From Armatimonadota bacterium (GTDB lineage Bacteria; Armatimonadota; Fimbriimonadia; Fimbriimonadales; GBS-DC), in NCBI GenBank assembly GCA_037444405.1, contig JBBIML010000034.1:1-23586 (forward strand): a DNA stretch of 23,586 nucleotides, read 5' to 3'. This document shows positions 7,895 through 16,613 of this stretch, piece after piece. Numbering within the stretch: position 1 is the first letter of the stretch; each line of letters opens with the position of its first letter. Both the position numbers and the translations under genes were made by a program. Under the pieces are notes generated by a model. It worked only from the letters and a program-made list of their open reading frames with translations, was not told where the DNA came from and did not search any database.

Positions 7895-9850
7895 CTACAA
7901 CGCGCCTTTTCCTGCCAGCTGCTGGATGGCTTCGACGCTGCGCGGGTTCTCCAGCGCGCTGAGATCGCCCGTCGGCTCGCCCAGATAGGCAGCGCGGATC
8001 ACGCGCCGCATGATTTTGGCATTGCGCGTTTTGGGCAATTCAGGCACGGCGTGAACCGCTTTCGGCATCAGCGGCTTGCCCATGCGCTGGGCGACCAGCT
8101 GGAGCAGTTCCTGCGCGAGCGCGTCGCTCCAGGTGTAGCCGGGCTTCAGCACGACGAAGGCGACCGCCGCCTGACCCTTGATTTCGTCGGGCACGCCAAT
8201 CACGCCCGCCTCCACCACCGCCGGATGCTCCACCAGCACGCTCTCAATCTCAGCGGGACCGACCCGCTTGCCCGCGATTTTGAGCGTGTCATCGGCGCGT
8301 CCGAGTATGTACCAGTAGCCGTCCGAATCGATCAGGCACAGGTCGCCATGATCCCACACATTCGCCCAGCGGCTCCAGTAGGTGTCGAGGTAGCGCTCTC
8401 TGTCGCGCCAGAATCCGCGCGTCATGCCGGGGTTCACATTGCGCACGACGAGGTAGCCGACCTCGCCCTGCACGGGTTCGCCCTGCTCGTTGAATACGGC
8501 AGCGTCCACGCCGGGCACAACCGTGTTGAAACTGCACGGTTTGAGCGGTCGCAGCACCACACAGCCGAGGATGCCGCCCGAAATCTCGGTGCCGCCCGAG
8601 TAGTTGATGATGGGTGCGCGCCGCTTGCCCACATGCTCCAGCGTCCACAGCCACGGCTCCGGGTTCCACGGCTCGCCTGTGGAGCCGAGCAGTCGCAGGC
8701 TGGGCATCGGGTGGCGGTCGGCGTAGTCCGCGCTCTCGCGCATCAGCGCACGAATGAGCGTCGGCGTGATGCCCAGCACGCTAATGCCGTGCCGCTCCAC
8801 CATCTCCCACAGGCGGTCCGGCGCGGGATAGTCGGGCGAGCCGTCGTACATGAACACCGTTGCGCCCAGTATCAGCCCGCCCATAATCAGCCAGGGTCCC
8901 ATCATCCAGCCGATGTCGGTCACCCAGCTAATGGTGTCGGTCGGCTTCAGGTCGAACAGGTGATACATGTCCTGCGCTGCCTTGACAGGAAAGCCGGCAT
9001 GCACATGGAACGCCGCTTTCGGTCTGCCCGTGGTGCCGGAGGTGTAAATCATCATGCAGGGCTGGTCGCTGTCGAAGGCGGGCGCTTCAAAATCGCCGGG
9101 TTGCAGCAGCTCGGTATATCGGATTTCGCGCTGGGGGTTGAGCGTCAGCCCGCGCCCGCTGCGCTCCACCACGATCACGCGCTCGACGGTGGGGATTGCC
9201 TCCAGGGCGGCGTCAGCGACCTCCTTCATCGGCACGGTTTTGCTGCGTCGGGGGAACCCGTCCGCCACGAACAGCCAGCGCGCCTCCGCGTCCTGCAGGC
9301 GCATCTGAACAGGCTCCGGTCCGAAACCAGAGAAGAGCGGGAGTGCGATCGCGCCGATTCGCGATAGCGCCAGCAGTGCAATCGCCACTTCAGGCGTAAA
9401 GGGCAGGAACAGCCCCACGCGGTCGCCCGCCTGCACGCCCAGCGCTTGCAGACCGCGCGCGAGCGCGTTCACCTCGTCCAGCAGCTGGCGATAGGTGTAG
9501 CGGCGGATGTTGCCCTCCTCGCCCTCCCACACGAGTGCCAGCCGCTCGCCGTTGCCCGCTTGCACATGGCGATCGAGCGCGTTATAAGTCCAGTTCAGCC
9601 TGCCGCCCACGAACCATCGCGCCCACGGCTTGCCCTCGCTGAGGTCCACCGTGCGCCGATACGGCGTGTGCCAGTGGAAGCCAATATCGTCAAAAAAGGC
9701 TCTCCAGAACCAGTCGGGGTCGTCGATGGAGCGCTGCAGGAACGCCTCATAGGAGGCGATCCCATAGCGGCGCATCTGCGCGGTGAGGTTCGCCTGCTCA
9801 ATCAGCCCGGCATCGGGCGTCCACGCAATCGGCAGATTGAACTCCTGCAT
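7895..9850 (-). CDS. acsA: AMP-forming acetyl-/short-chain acyl-CoA synthetase
   Basis: YTSGTTGRPK AMP-binding loop, WFVGGRLN, DIGW, GEPWNPE, GRADD and PKTRNAKIMRR. GGAGG SD. Exact substrate uncertain. Confidence 0.88.
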   Translation of the reverse strand: MQEFNLPIAWTPDAGLIEQANLTAQMRRYGIASYEAFLQRSIDDPDWFWRAFFDDIGFHWHTPYRRTVDLSEGKPWARWFVGGRLNWTYNALDRHVQAGNGERLALVWEGEEGNIRRYTYRQLLDEVNALARGLQALGVQAGDRVGLFLPFTPEVAIALLALSRIGAIALPLFSGFGPEPVQMRLQDAEARWLFVADGFPRRSKTVPMKEVADAALEAIPTVERVIVVERSGRGLTLNPQREIRYTELLQPGDFEAPAFDSDQPCMMIYTSGTTGRPKAAFHVHAGFPVKAAQDMYHLFDLKPTDTISWVTDIGWMMGPWLIMGGLILGATVFMYDGSPDYPAPDRLWEMVERHGISVLGITPTLIRALMRESADYADRHPMPSLRLLGSTGEPWNPEPWLWTLEHVGKRRAPIINYSGGTEISGGILGCVVLRPLKPCSFNTVVPGVDAAVFNEQGEPVQGEVGYLVVRNVNPGMTRGFWRDRERYLDTYWSRWANVWDHGDLCLIDSDGYWYILGRADDTLKIAGKRVGPAEIESVLVEHPAVVEAGVIGVPDEIKGQAAVAFVVLKPGYTWSDALAQELLQLVAQRMGKPLMPKAVHAVPELPKTRNAKIMRRVIRAAYLGEPTGDLSALENPRSVEAIQQLAGKGAL

Positions 9851-9871
9851 CGTCGCTGCCCTCCAGCGAAG

Positions 9872-9877
9872 AGGATA
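9872..9877 (-). promoter_or_regulatory. Putative -10 element (gggTATCCT) for the acyl-CoA synthetase operon
   Basis: Recurrent motif, 21 nt upstream of ATG 9850 and just upstream of the SD. Confidence 0.5.
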
Positions 9878-9919
9878 CCCGATGGTGTTCGCCAGAGAGG
9901 GAGTGAGGATGACAGGATG

Positions 9920-10729
9920 CTACTGCCAGCGCTCCCAGAGTTCGGGATACTGGTTCGGGTTCAGATCGATGCGGGAGCAATAGGTATTGTCGTCGCGCTC
10001 GCACTCCCGTTCAGGCAGTCCGTAAAGCTGTTCAAATGGCGTCGCCTTCGTGTGCCCATCGGCAAAGGTGACCACCACCTGCCTCTGATGGCGCCCGTGC
10101 GGACGCTGGTGGAACCCCGCGCCAACCTGCAGACCCTGCGCCGTCGGAAACGGCGAAAAGACCACATTCATATAGTAGCCGTAATCGCGCCAGAGCGGGT
10201 AGCTCTGCGTGCCCGATGGAATGCTGTCCATCGCAAACACATGGCTTGCCGGCTTGTCCAGCGCAGCCAGCGATTTGCTGTTCACCGCCCAGGGGTTACC
10301 GCAGGTCCACAGATAGCCCATCGGCGAGGGATAGGCAGCGCCGTAGCCGACGCGACCCTCGCACAGCAGGCGCCGACCTGTCGCCGTCGACTCAATCACC
10401 CGCTTCGCCGTGGGACAGCGCGAAAAGAGATTGTCCTTCGAGTAGGGCTGAAGCCAGTAGAGGTAGCCAATCGAGGTGCAGCCCGAATAGCCACCACCAC
10501 AGAAACCAGGCGGCGGCTCCATCGCAATCTCCGCGAAGGGAAACACCTCGTCGTAGTCCTGAATATACATCATCGCGGCAAGCCCGATCTGCTTGTTCTG
10601 CGACAGGCACTGCGTCTTGCGCGCCGCCTCCCGCGCCTGCGCGAACACCGGAAACAGGATCGCCGCCAGAATCGCGATAATCGCAATCACCACCAGCAGC
10701 TCAATCAGAGTAAATCCGCGCCGATTCAT
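9920..10729 (-). CDS. Prepilin-type N-terminal methylation / H-X9-DG domain protein (DUF1559-like)
   Basis: MNRRG^[29 protein letters not shown] class III signal and C-terminal [12 protein letters not shown] (H-X9-DG). AGGAGG SD before ATG 10729. Confidence 0.93.
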   Translation of the reverse strand: MNRRGFTLIELLVVIAIIAILAAILFPVFAQAREAARKTQCLSQNKQIGLAAMMYIQDYDEVFPFAEIAMEPPPGFCGGGYSGCTSIGYLYWLQPYSKDNLFSRCPTAKRVIESTATGRRLLCEGRVGYGAAYPSPMGYLWTCGNPWAVNSKSLAALDKPASHVFAMDSIPSGTQSYPLWRDYGYYMNVVFSPFPTAQGLQVGAGFHQRPHGRHQRQVVVTFADGHTKATPFEQLYGLPERECERDDNTYCSRIDLNPNQYPELWERWQ

Positions 10730-10751
10730 CACCGTCTCCTCCTGTATAACC

Positions 10752-10757
10752 ATTATA
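10752..10757 (-). promoter_or_regulatory. Putative -10 element (gggTATAAT) for the prepilin-like gene
   Basis: Perfect TATAAT just upstream of the AGGAGG SD. Confidence 0.65.
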
Positions 10758-10899
10758 CCCCATCTTCAAAGGGTTATTGGCTCAGTCGAACACATCGAAA
10801 ATCTCCTCCAGCCAGTTGCGCTTGCGTTTGCGCGGGTGTCGGGCGTTCTGATGGGACGCGCCATCAATCATACCCGCTCATGCACCGATGCGTATGGGG

Positions 10900-10905
10900 T
10901 ATACT
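10900..10905 (+). promoter_or_regulatory. Putative -10 element (gggTATACT) for the 2-oxoacid dehydrogenase operon
   Basis: Recurrent motif upstream of the AGGAGG SD (10920-10925). Confidence 0.6.
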
Positions 10906-10933
10906 ATCCCTCACCTGACAGGAGGATCACGCC

Positions 10934-11986
10934 TTGAGTACACGGGTCAAAAATCGGACGATGGAAGAGGAAAAACTCGCGCGGTATCGTGATCGTCTCA
11001 CCCGCGAGGATTTGCTGGAGATTTATCGGCGAATGTGGTTCGCGCGCGTGTTTGACGAAACGCTTTACGATTTGAAAAAGAAGGGTCGGCTACGGCGCGG
11101 CAATGTGTACGGCTCGCGCGGACAGGAGGCAATTCTTGTCGGCACGAGCTATCCGCTGCGCCCGACCGACTTCGTGTCGCCTATCCATCGCGATATGCCC
11201 ATCTTCGTCTTCAAGGGCATGAGTACCCGCGCGGTGATGTGCCAGATCTGGGGCAAGGCGAACGCGCCCTCGCGCGGCAAAGACTCCTGGAGCCATATGG
11301 GCGACCTGAAGCTGGGCATCATCCACTCCACCAGCATGCTCGGCTCCACCATTCCTGTCGCCTGCGGTGTAGCGTGGGCGCTGCGGCTGGACGGCAAGAC
11401 CGATAGCGTCATCATGACCTATCTGGGCGAGGGCGCGACCGCCACGGGCGCGTTCCACGAAGGCATGAACTATGCTGCCGTGCATAAATTGCCCATCGTG
11501 CTGATTATCGAAAACAATCAATATGCCTACTCCACGCCCGTGGAGCTGGAGGTGCCCACGCCGCGTGTGGCAGACCGTGCGCTGGGTTATGGCATTCCCG
11601 GCTACTCGGTGGACGGCAACGATGTGCTGGAGGTATACGACGCCACCTGCGCAGCGATTGAGCATGCCCGCGCGGGGCGCGGACCCAGCATCGTGGAGTG
11701 CGTCACCTATCGCCTGCAGGGGCATGCCGACCACGACGAGACGCGCGCCCGCCAGTATCGCCCCGTTGAAGAGATAGAGCTGTGGGAGAAACGCGACCCG
11801 CTACCCCGCTTCCGGGAATATCTGCTCGGCACCGGGCTGTTCAGTGAAGAAGAATTGCCCACACCGCCGCCCGATGTGGTTGCCGAGATTCAGGATGCCG
11901 TGGAGTACGCCATCCGCAGCCCTGACCCGGAGCCGCACACGGCATTAGAAGACATTTATGATGAGAGTGCGGGGGTGTCCCGATGA
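10934..11986 (+). CDS. bkdA1: 2-oxoacid dehydrogenase E1 alpha (probably branched-chain type)
   Basis: GQEA, TPP-binding GEGA...ENNQYA and YRLQGH loop. AGGAGG lies 8 nt before TTG 10934 (alternative start ATG 10961). Substrate specificity inferred. Confidence 0.85.
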   Translation: MSTRVKNRTMEEEKLARYRDRLTREDLLEIYRRMWFARVFDETLYDLKKKGRLRRGNVYGSRGQEAILVGTSYPLRPTDFVSPIHRDMPIFVFKGMSTRAVMCQIWGKANAPSRGKDSWSHMGDLKLGIIHSTSMLGSTIPVACGVAWALRLDGKTDSVIMTYLGEGATATGAFHEGMNYAAVHKLPIVLIIENNQYAYSTPVELEVPTPRVADRALGYGIPGYSVDGNDVLEVYDATCAAIEHARAGRGPSIVECVTYRLQGHADHDETRARQYRPVEEIELWEKRDPLPRFREYLLGTGLFSEEELPTPPPDVVAEIQDAVEYAIRSPDPEPHTALEDIYDESAGVSR

Positions 11987-12969
11987 GGGAAGTGACTCTG
12001 CTGGAGGCGATTCGCGCCGCCATCTGGGAGGAGATGGAGCGCGACCCGAATGTGTTCCTGATTGGCGAGGACATCGGGCGACTGGGTGGCGCGTTCGGCG
12101 TGACGCACGGCTTTCTGGAACATTTCGGAGCCGATCGGGTGGTGGACGCGCCCATCTCTGAGACCGCCATCATCGGCGTGGCGGTGGGCGCCGCCGCGAT
12201 GGGCAAACGCCCCATCGCCGAAATGCAGTTTATGGACTTCATCTCCTGCGGATTCGATCAGGTGGTGAATGTGGCGGCGACCTATCGCTACCGCTCAGGC
12301 GGCACGGTGAGCCTGCCCCTTGTTATTCGGGGTCCTTCGGGCGGCTATGTGGGCGGCAGCCTCTATCACAGCCAGCAGTTCGAAGCCTGGTTCTTCCATG
12401 TGCCCGGTCTCAAGGTGGTTCAGCCCGCCTTTCCCGACGACGCCTACGGTCTGATGAAAGCCGCCATCCGCGACAACAACCCTGTGCTGTTTTTTGAGCA
12501 TAAATATCTCTATCGCCGAATCAAGGGCACCATCCCGCAGGCGAGCGACGATTTCATCGTGCCGCTGGGCGAGGCGCGAATCCGCCGCCCGGGCAACCAT
12601 CTGACCATCGTGACCTACGGCGCACTGGTGCATTTCGCGCTGGAGGCAGCGCATCAGCTGGAGGCGGAGGGCATCTCCGCCGAGGTGATCGACCTGCGTA
12701 CCATCAAGCCGCTGGACATGGAGACAATAGCGAACTCGGTGCGCAAGACGAGCAAGGTGTTGATTGCTTATGAGGCGCCGCTCACAGGCGGTGTGGGCGC
12801 GGAGATCGCGGCGCGAATAGCGGAGAATCTGTTCGAATGGCTCGATGCGCCCATTATGCGCGTGGCGGCGAAGGACAGCTTCGTACCGTTCGCCGAGCCG
12901 CTGGAGAAGTTCGTGCTGCCCAGCGTGGACGATATCCTGCTAACGGCACGGCAATTGGCACGCTATTGA
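11983..12969 (+). CDS. bkdA2: 2-oxoacid dehydrogenase E1 beta
   Basis: IGEDIG, DAPISE, AEMQFMDF, YHSQ, FFEHK and IDLRTIKPLD motifs. ATGA overlap with E1 alpha. Confidence 0.9.
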   Translation: MREVTLLEAIRAAIWEEMERDPNVFLIGEDIGRLGGAFGVTHGFLEHFGADRVVDAPISETAIIGVAVGAAAMGKRPIAEMQFMDFISCGFDQVVNVAATYRYRSGGTVSLPLVIRGPSGGYVGGSLYHSQQFEAWFFHVPGLKVVQPAFPDDAYGLMKAAIRDNNPVLFFEHKYLYRRIKGTIPQASDDFIVPLGEARIRRPGNHLTIVTYGALVHFALEAAHQLEAEGISAEVIDLRTIKPLDMETIANSVRKTSKVLIAYEAPLTGGVGAEIAARIAENLFEWLDAPIMRVAAKDSFVPFAEPLEKFVLPSVDDILLTARQLARY

Positions 12970-12983
12970 GGGAGGCATACAGA

Positions 12984-14303
12984 ATGGCGGTCGCTGTGGT
13001 GATGCCGGAGCTGGGCGAAAGCATTGTGGAGGGCACGATCGTGCGCTGGCTCAAAAACGAAGGCGAGCGCGTGCAGGAAGACGAACCCATCGTGGAGATT
13101 ATGACCGACAAGGTGAACACGGAGCTGCCCGCGCCCGCCAGCGGCGTTCTCGCGCGCGTGCTGGCGCCCGCGAACACCATCGTGCGCGTCGGTCAGGAGT
13201 TAGCCCTGATTGAGCCAGAAGGCGCGCAGGCGGATCGTGGCGTGAGCGTCCCGCCCGCAGGAGCGGAGGCTGTTCCCGCACCCCCGCCCGTGCCCGAAAG
13301 CGCAGGTTTTTACGCACCGGAGGCAACTGAAGCGCCCCCCGCGCCTGCGCCAGCCCCCGCACCCCCTGAAGGCGACGGCAAACGCGCGGGCAGGGGGCTG
13401 TTTCTGTCGCCCGTGGTGCAAAAAATCGTGCGCGAGCAGAACATCAGCGAGGAAGAGCTGCGCACCATCAGGGGCACCGGCGTCGGCGGGCGGATCACCC
13501 GTGCCGATATCGAGCGCTATCTCGCCCAGCGCACCGCCGCGCCGAAACCCGCGCTTGCACCGACCCCTGCGCCTGCACCGACACCCGTCGCCGCGCCCGG
13601 CGAAGGCGAGGAAATCATCCCGCTGGTCGGCATGCGCAAAGCGATTGCCGAACACCTCACCCGCTCCTACCAGACCGCCGTGCATGTCACCACCGTCGTG
13701 CAGGTGGATGTGTCGCGCCTGGTGGAGTTCCGCGAGCGCAACAAAGAATCGTTCCAGCAGCAGTACGGCGTGCGGCTGACCTACACGCCGTTCTTCATCA
13801 AGGCAGCGGCGGACGCCCTGCGGGAGTTCCCGATGCTGAACGCCTCGCTCGTCGACGACCAGATAATCGTGCGCCACTATGTGCATATGGGCGTGGCGGT
13901 CGCGCTCGGCGAGAGGGGCGAGGAGGGGCTGATTGTGCCCGTGATTCGCGACGCGCATAAGAAGTCGATTATCGAACTCTCGCAGGAGCTGGAGGCGATA
14001 GCCCAGCGTGCCCGCAACAAGAGCATCAGCCTCGCGGAGGTGCAGGGCGCGACCTTCACGCTCACCAATCCGGGCAGCTACGGCGCACTCATCGGCACGC
14101 CCATCATCAACCACCCGCAAACCGCCATCTTGGGCACCTACGCCATCGTGAAGATGCCCGTGGTCATTAACGATATGATTGCGATCCGCCCCATCATGCA
14201 TCTGTGCCTGAGTTATGACCATCGGCTGATTGATGGGATGTATGCGGGTCGCTTCCTGCAGCGGGTCAAACGCGCGATTGAGGAGTTCGAGTTTTTCCGT
14301 TAG
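12984..14303 (+). CDS. bkdB: Dihydrolipoamide acyltransferase E2
   Basis: Single lipoyl domain (MPELGESIVEG...MTDKV), Pro/Ala linkers, E3-binding domain (GTGVGGRIT) and catalytic DHRLIDG. GGAGG SD before ATG 12984. Confidence 0.9.
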   Translation: MAVAVVMPELGESIVEGTIVRWLKNEGERVQEDEPIVEIMTDKVNTELPAPASGVLARVLAPANTIVRVGQELALIEPEGAQADRGVSVPPAGAEAVPAPPPVPESAGFYAPEATEAPPAPAPAPAPPEGDGKRAGRGLFLSPVVQKIVREQNISEEELRTIRGTGVGGRITRADIERYLAQRTAAPKPALAPTPAPAPTPVAAPGEGEEIIPLVGMRKAIAEHLTRSYQTAVHVTTVVQVDVSRLVEFRERNKESFQQQYGVRLTYTPFFIKAAADALREFPMLNASLVDDQIIVRHYVHMGVAVALGERGEEGLIVPVIRDAHKKSIIELSQELEAIAQRARNKSISLAEVQGATFTLTNPGSYGALIGTPIINHPQTAILGTYAIVKMPVVINDMIAIRPIMHLCLSYDHRLIDGMYAGRFLQRVKRAIEEFEFFR

Positions 14304-14332
14304 CACGACTTCCATCCGACCCGTCCCCCAAA

Positions 14333-14366
14333 GAAACCGCCCCGTAGTCCCCCACGGGGCGGTTTC
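14333..14366. terminator. Probable bidirectional intrinsic terminator
   Basis: Perfect 13-bp inverted repeat GAAACCGCCCCGT-N8-ACGGGGCGGTTTC between the convergent E2 and GNAT genes, with short T-tracts on both strands. Confidence 0.75.
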
Positions 14367-14370
14367 ACTT

Positions 14371-15456
14371 TCAGAACGAATCGGTGGGCAGGTAGATGGC
14401 GGGGCGCGGCGGGTAGCGCGTGGTGAGGGTGCGAGGCAGGTCAGGCAGGTCTGAATCATCATACAGTCCGAACAGCAGGCGCAGCGCCTGCGCCCCCGGA
14501 AGGCTCTCCAGTTCAGCGGGTGGTGCGCCGCCCAGCTGCTCAAAGGCTTCCATGAGCCGTTCGCGCTTGCCGATTCGCACCATCGACAGGCGCACGGGCA
14601 TCAGCACCAGCCGATCCAGGCGTGGCTGGAGCCATCGCTCCGAATCGCACACGGGCATGCACCAGCGCACATAGTCTGCCCCTGCCTGCAGCGCCACCTC
14701 GTTCACAAACCCCACGAGCGCGTCTACCGATTCGTCATCCGCATGCTCCATGCCCATCTCGATGAGCGAGAGCGCCTCGACACGGGTGGAGCCGTCGTCC
14801 AGCCGGCCGTGGTGGGTTTCGATGCCGAGATAGCCGCACGGCTCGCCGTCGTACTCCGCGATATAGAAGCCGCGTCGCCAGTTCGGGTCGTCCCAGCGCA
14901 GCCAGATACGCCAGTAGGTCTCATCACGCACCACCGTGAAGGGGTGATCAGCGTAGGCGCGCTCGTGCCAGCGCCGAACCAGCGGTAAATCGTGCGGTTC
15001 GGCGGCTCGAAACCGCCAGCGGTCGTTCAGCGCCATTGGTTTCGGCGGTGCGACGGCAACCCTCGCTGTCAGCAGCTCCCAGCCCAGCCGCGCATAAAAA
15101 TCGTGAATGCCCGTGAACAGCAGAGCAAAGGTGAAGTCTTCCGAGTCGATCACCGCGTGGGCGTCGCGCATCAGCTGGGAGGCGAAACCGCATCCGCGAT
15201 AGTCGGGCAGCGTCGCCACATTCGCAATCCCTGCCATCCACACCGTGTGCCCATTCAGTCGCACAGCGCGGCGCACAATCTGCACAGTGGCGACCAGCCG
15301 CCCGTCCAGCTCGCACACGCGCGTGTAGTCGGGCTTCCAGAAAGGGTCAAGAAAGTAGCGCACGAAGTAATCTTCACCGGGCGTGAAGACGCTCGTCCAC
15401 AGCCGCAGGCACTCATCCCGCTCATTCGGGTGGAGGGTGCGGAAGCGGGGCGTCAT
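14371..15456 (-). CDS. GNAT family N-acetyltransferase (Eis-like tandem GNAT)
   Basis: IANVATLPDYRGCGFASQLM acetyl-CoA motif A, FYARLGW, and a second GNAT-like region (VRDETYW). Confidence 0.88.
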   Translation of the reverse strand: MTPRFRTLHPNERDECLRLWTSVFTPGEDYFVRYFLDPFWKPDYTRVCELDGRLVATVQIVRRAVRLNGHTVWMAGIANVATLPDYRGCGFASQLMRDAHAVIDSEDFTFALLFTGIHDFYARLGWELLTARVAVAPPKPMALNDRWRFRAAEPHDLPLVRRWHERAYADHPFTVVRDETYWRIWLRWDDPNWRRGFYIAEYDGEPCGYLGIETHHGRLDDGSTRVEALSLIEMGMEHADDESVDALVGFVNEVALQAGADYVRWCMPVCDSERWLQPRLDRLVLMPVRLSMVRIGKRERLMEAFEQLGGAPPAELESLPGAQALRLLFGLYDDSDLPDLPRTLTTRYPPRPAIYLPTDSF

Positions 15457-15749
15457 TCTTCGCTCAGCTCCTCTGGCAGCTCGTCGCCGCTTTCGAACAG
15501 ATCATCGCCGAGCAGTCGCTTGCGCTCCTCCGCTGCCAGGTCTTCCAGCCCGACCTCGCCCTCCACAAAGGCGATATCCTCATCGGGTCCGACCGCGATG
15601 CGTTCCTCCTCGTCATCGGCAATCGGCAGCGGGAACCACTGTTGCGGGTTCACCTTGCGGCAGGCGTCGCACACGAAGCGGATGTTAACCGTCGCCATCC
15701 AGAGGGGAACCTTGTCCAGCGTCTTGCCACATTCTGCGCAGGTAATCAT
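15453..15749 (-). CDS. Small protein (98 aa) with a CxxC...CxxC zinc-binding N-terminus and acidic C-terminus
   Basis: MITCAEC...CDAC; 23 of the last 54 residues are D/E. AGGAGG SD before ATG 15749. ATGA overlaps on both sides. Confidence 0.82.
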   Translation of the reverse strand: MITCAECGKTLDKVPLWMATVNIRFVCDACRKVNPQQWFPLPIADDEEERIAVGPDEDIAFVEGEVGLEDLAAEERKRLLGDDLFESGDELPEELSEE

Positions 15750-16012
15750 CGGGTGGTCGCCTCCTGTTGACCGCTTGCGGGCTGGTTCGCCTTTCTGGCT
15801 TTCTCCGCTTCCAGCTCGCGCAGGTATTGCCGATGGGAAAGAATGCCGTTGATGAGCATTACGAGCGCGGCGAGCAGATAGAGCCACGCCAGCCGCGGGT
15901 CCACATCCTGACCCGGGTCGGCAATCACCTCGTTGCCGCGCGCCAGCCCAACGATGCCTATCGCCGCCAGTATCAGCGCGATCCAGAAGTCGGTCTTCTT
16001 CCACCAGCCCAT
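15746..16012 (-). CDS. Small two-TM membrane protein (88 aa)
   Basis: MGWWKKTD followed by two hydrophobic helices and a charged tail. ATG 16012 lies 10 nt after a TATAAT. Confidence 0.78.
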   Translation of the reverse strand: MGWWKKTDFWIALILAAIGIVGLARGNEVIADPGQDVDPRLAWLYLLAALVMLINGILSHRQYLRELEAEKARKANQPASGQQEATTR

Positions 16013-16022
16013 AGCAGGGGAT

Positions 16023-16028
16023 ATTATA
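16023..16028 (-). promoter_or_regulatory. Putative -10 element (gggTATAAT), near-leaderless transcript
   Basis: Perfect TATAAT 10 nt from ATG 16012 with no SD in between. Confidence 0.65.
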
Positions 16029-16049
16029 CCCGTTCTGCTGATGGGCGCA

Positions 16050-16508
16050 TCAGGGCGTTCGGGGCGTGCGCCAGCGGGGGAGGAACCGCCCCGTTCGCCG
16101 TTGATAGTCGGCATATTCGGGATAGAGGCGCAGGAGGCGACGCTCCTCCTCACGCGCCTTGAGATTGAAAAAGAGGGTCAGCAGCAGGGCAGCTGCCAGC
16201 GCGCCCGCTTTCTGAAACCAGAGCGCCAGCCCGAACGCAAGCGCCATCAGCCCCGCATAGATGGGATGGCGAATGTAAGCGTAGACGCCCGTGCGCAGAA
16301 GCCCCAGCTCGCGTCGGGGTTCAGGCAGCGGGGTCAGCTTGCGCCCGTGCGCTTTGAGCGCAGGCAGAAGCAGAACTACCCCCACCCCAATCAGCGGAAC
16401 ACCCAGCCAGCCAATCCAGCCCCAGTCGCCCGCTGGCAAAACGACCAGCAACACCCCATACAGCCCCAGCAACACCACCTGCACCACCAGCCAGACCCAA
16501 TCCATCAC
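16050..16508 (-). CDS. Isoprenylcysteine carboxyl methyltransferase / PEMT-family membrane methyltransferase
   Basis: TGVYAYIRHPIY, EERRL and YADYQRRTGRFLP motifs with hydrophobic helices. Start is GTG 16508 or ATG 16505. Confidence 0.88.
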   Translation of the reverse strand: MMDWVWLVVQVVLLGLYGVLLVVLPAGDWGWIGWLGVPLIGVGVVLLLPALKAHGRKLTPLPEPRRELGLLRTGVYAYIRHPIYAGLMALAFGLALWFQKAGALAAALLLTLFFNLKAREEERRLLRLYPEYADYQRRTGRFLPRWRTPRTP

Positions 16509-16613
16509 CCCGAAAGTTCGAGCGCGCCCTTCCTGCCCCCTGCTTTTTCTGTGATGCTGTTCGCCTGCAGCCAGCGGGCGGTGCGGGGTCCATACTCACG
16601 AGCGCCTGCCTGC

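Noticed and set aside
10845..10870. Sigma-54 promoter for the dehydrogenase operon (tgggac...)
   Set aside because: No TTGC/GC element at the -12 position.
7805..10918. Long plus-strand ORFs (520 aa and 490 aa), and similar ones at 42-974, 6382-7191 and 13200-14543
   Set aside because: Antisense shadows of well-supported genes in high-GC DNA; no motifs or SD.
13230..13600. GC-rich quasi-repeats in E2
   Set aside because: They encode the ordinary Pro/Ala linkers of E2 subunits.
14371..15456. GNAT as the Pat/AcuA-type regulator of the nearby acyl-CoA synthetase
   Set aside because: The architecture looks Eis-like, it is in a separate operon, and only proximity supports the link.
15750..16153. 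Longer ORF-track starts (16004 and 16153) for the two small proteins
   Set aside because: The extensions overlap neighbouring genes. SD, promoter and ATGA coupling support 15749 and 16012.
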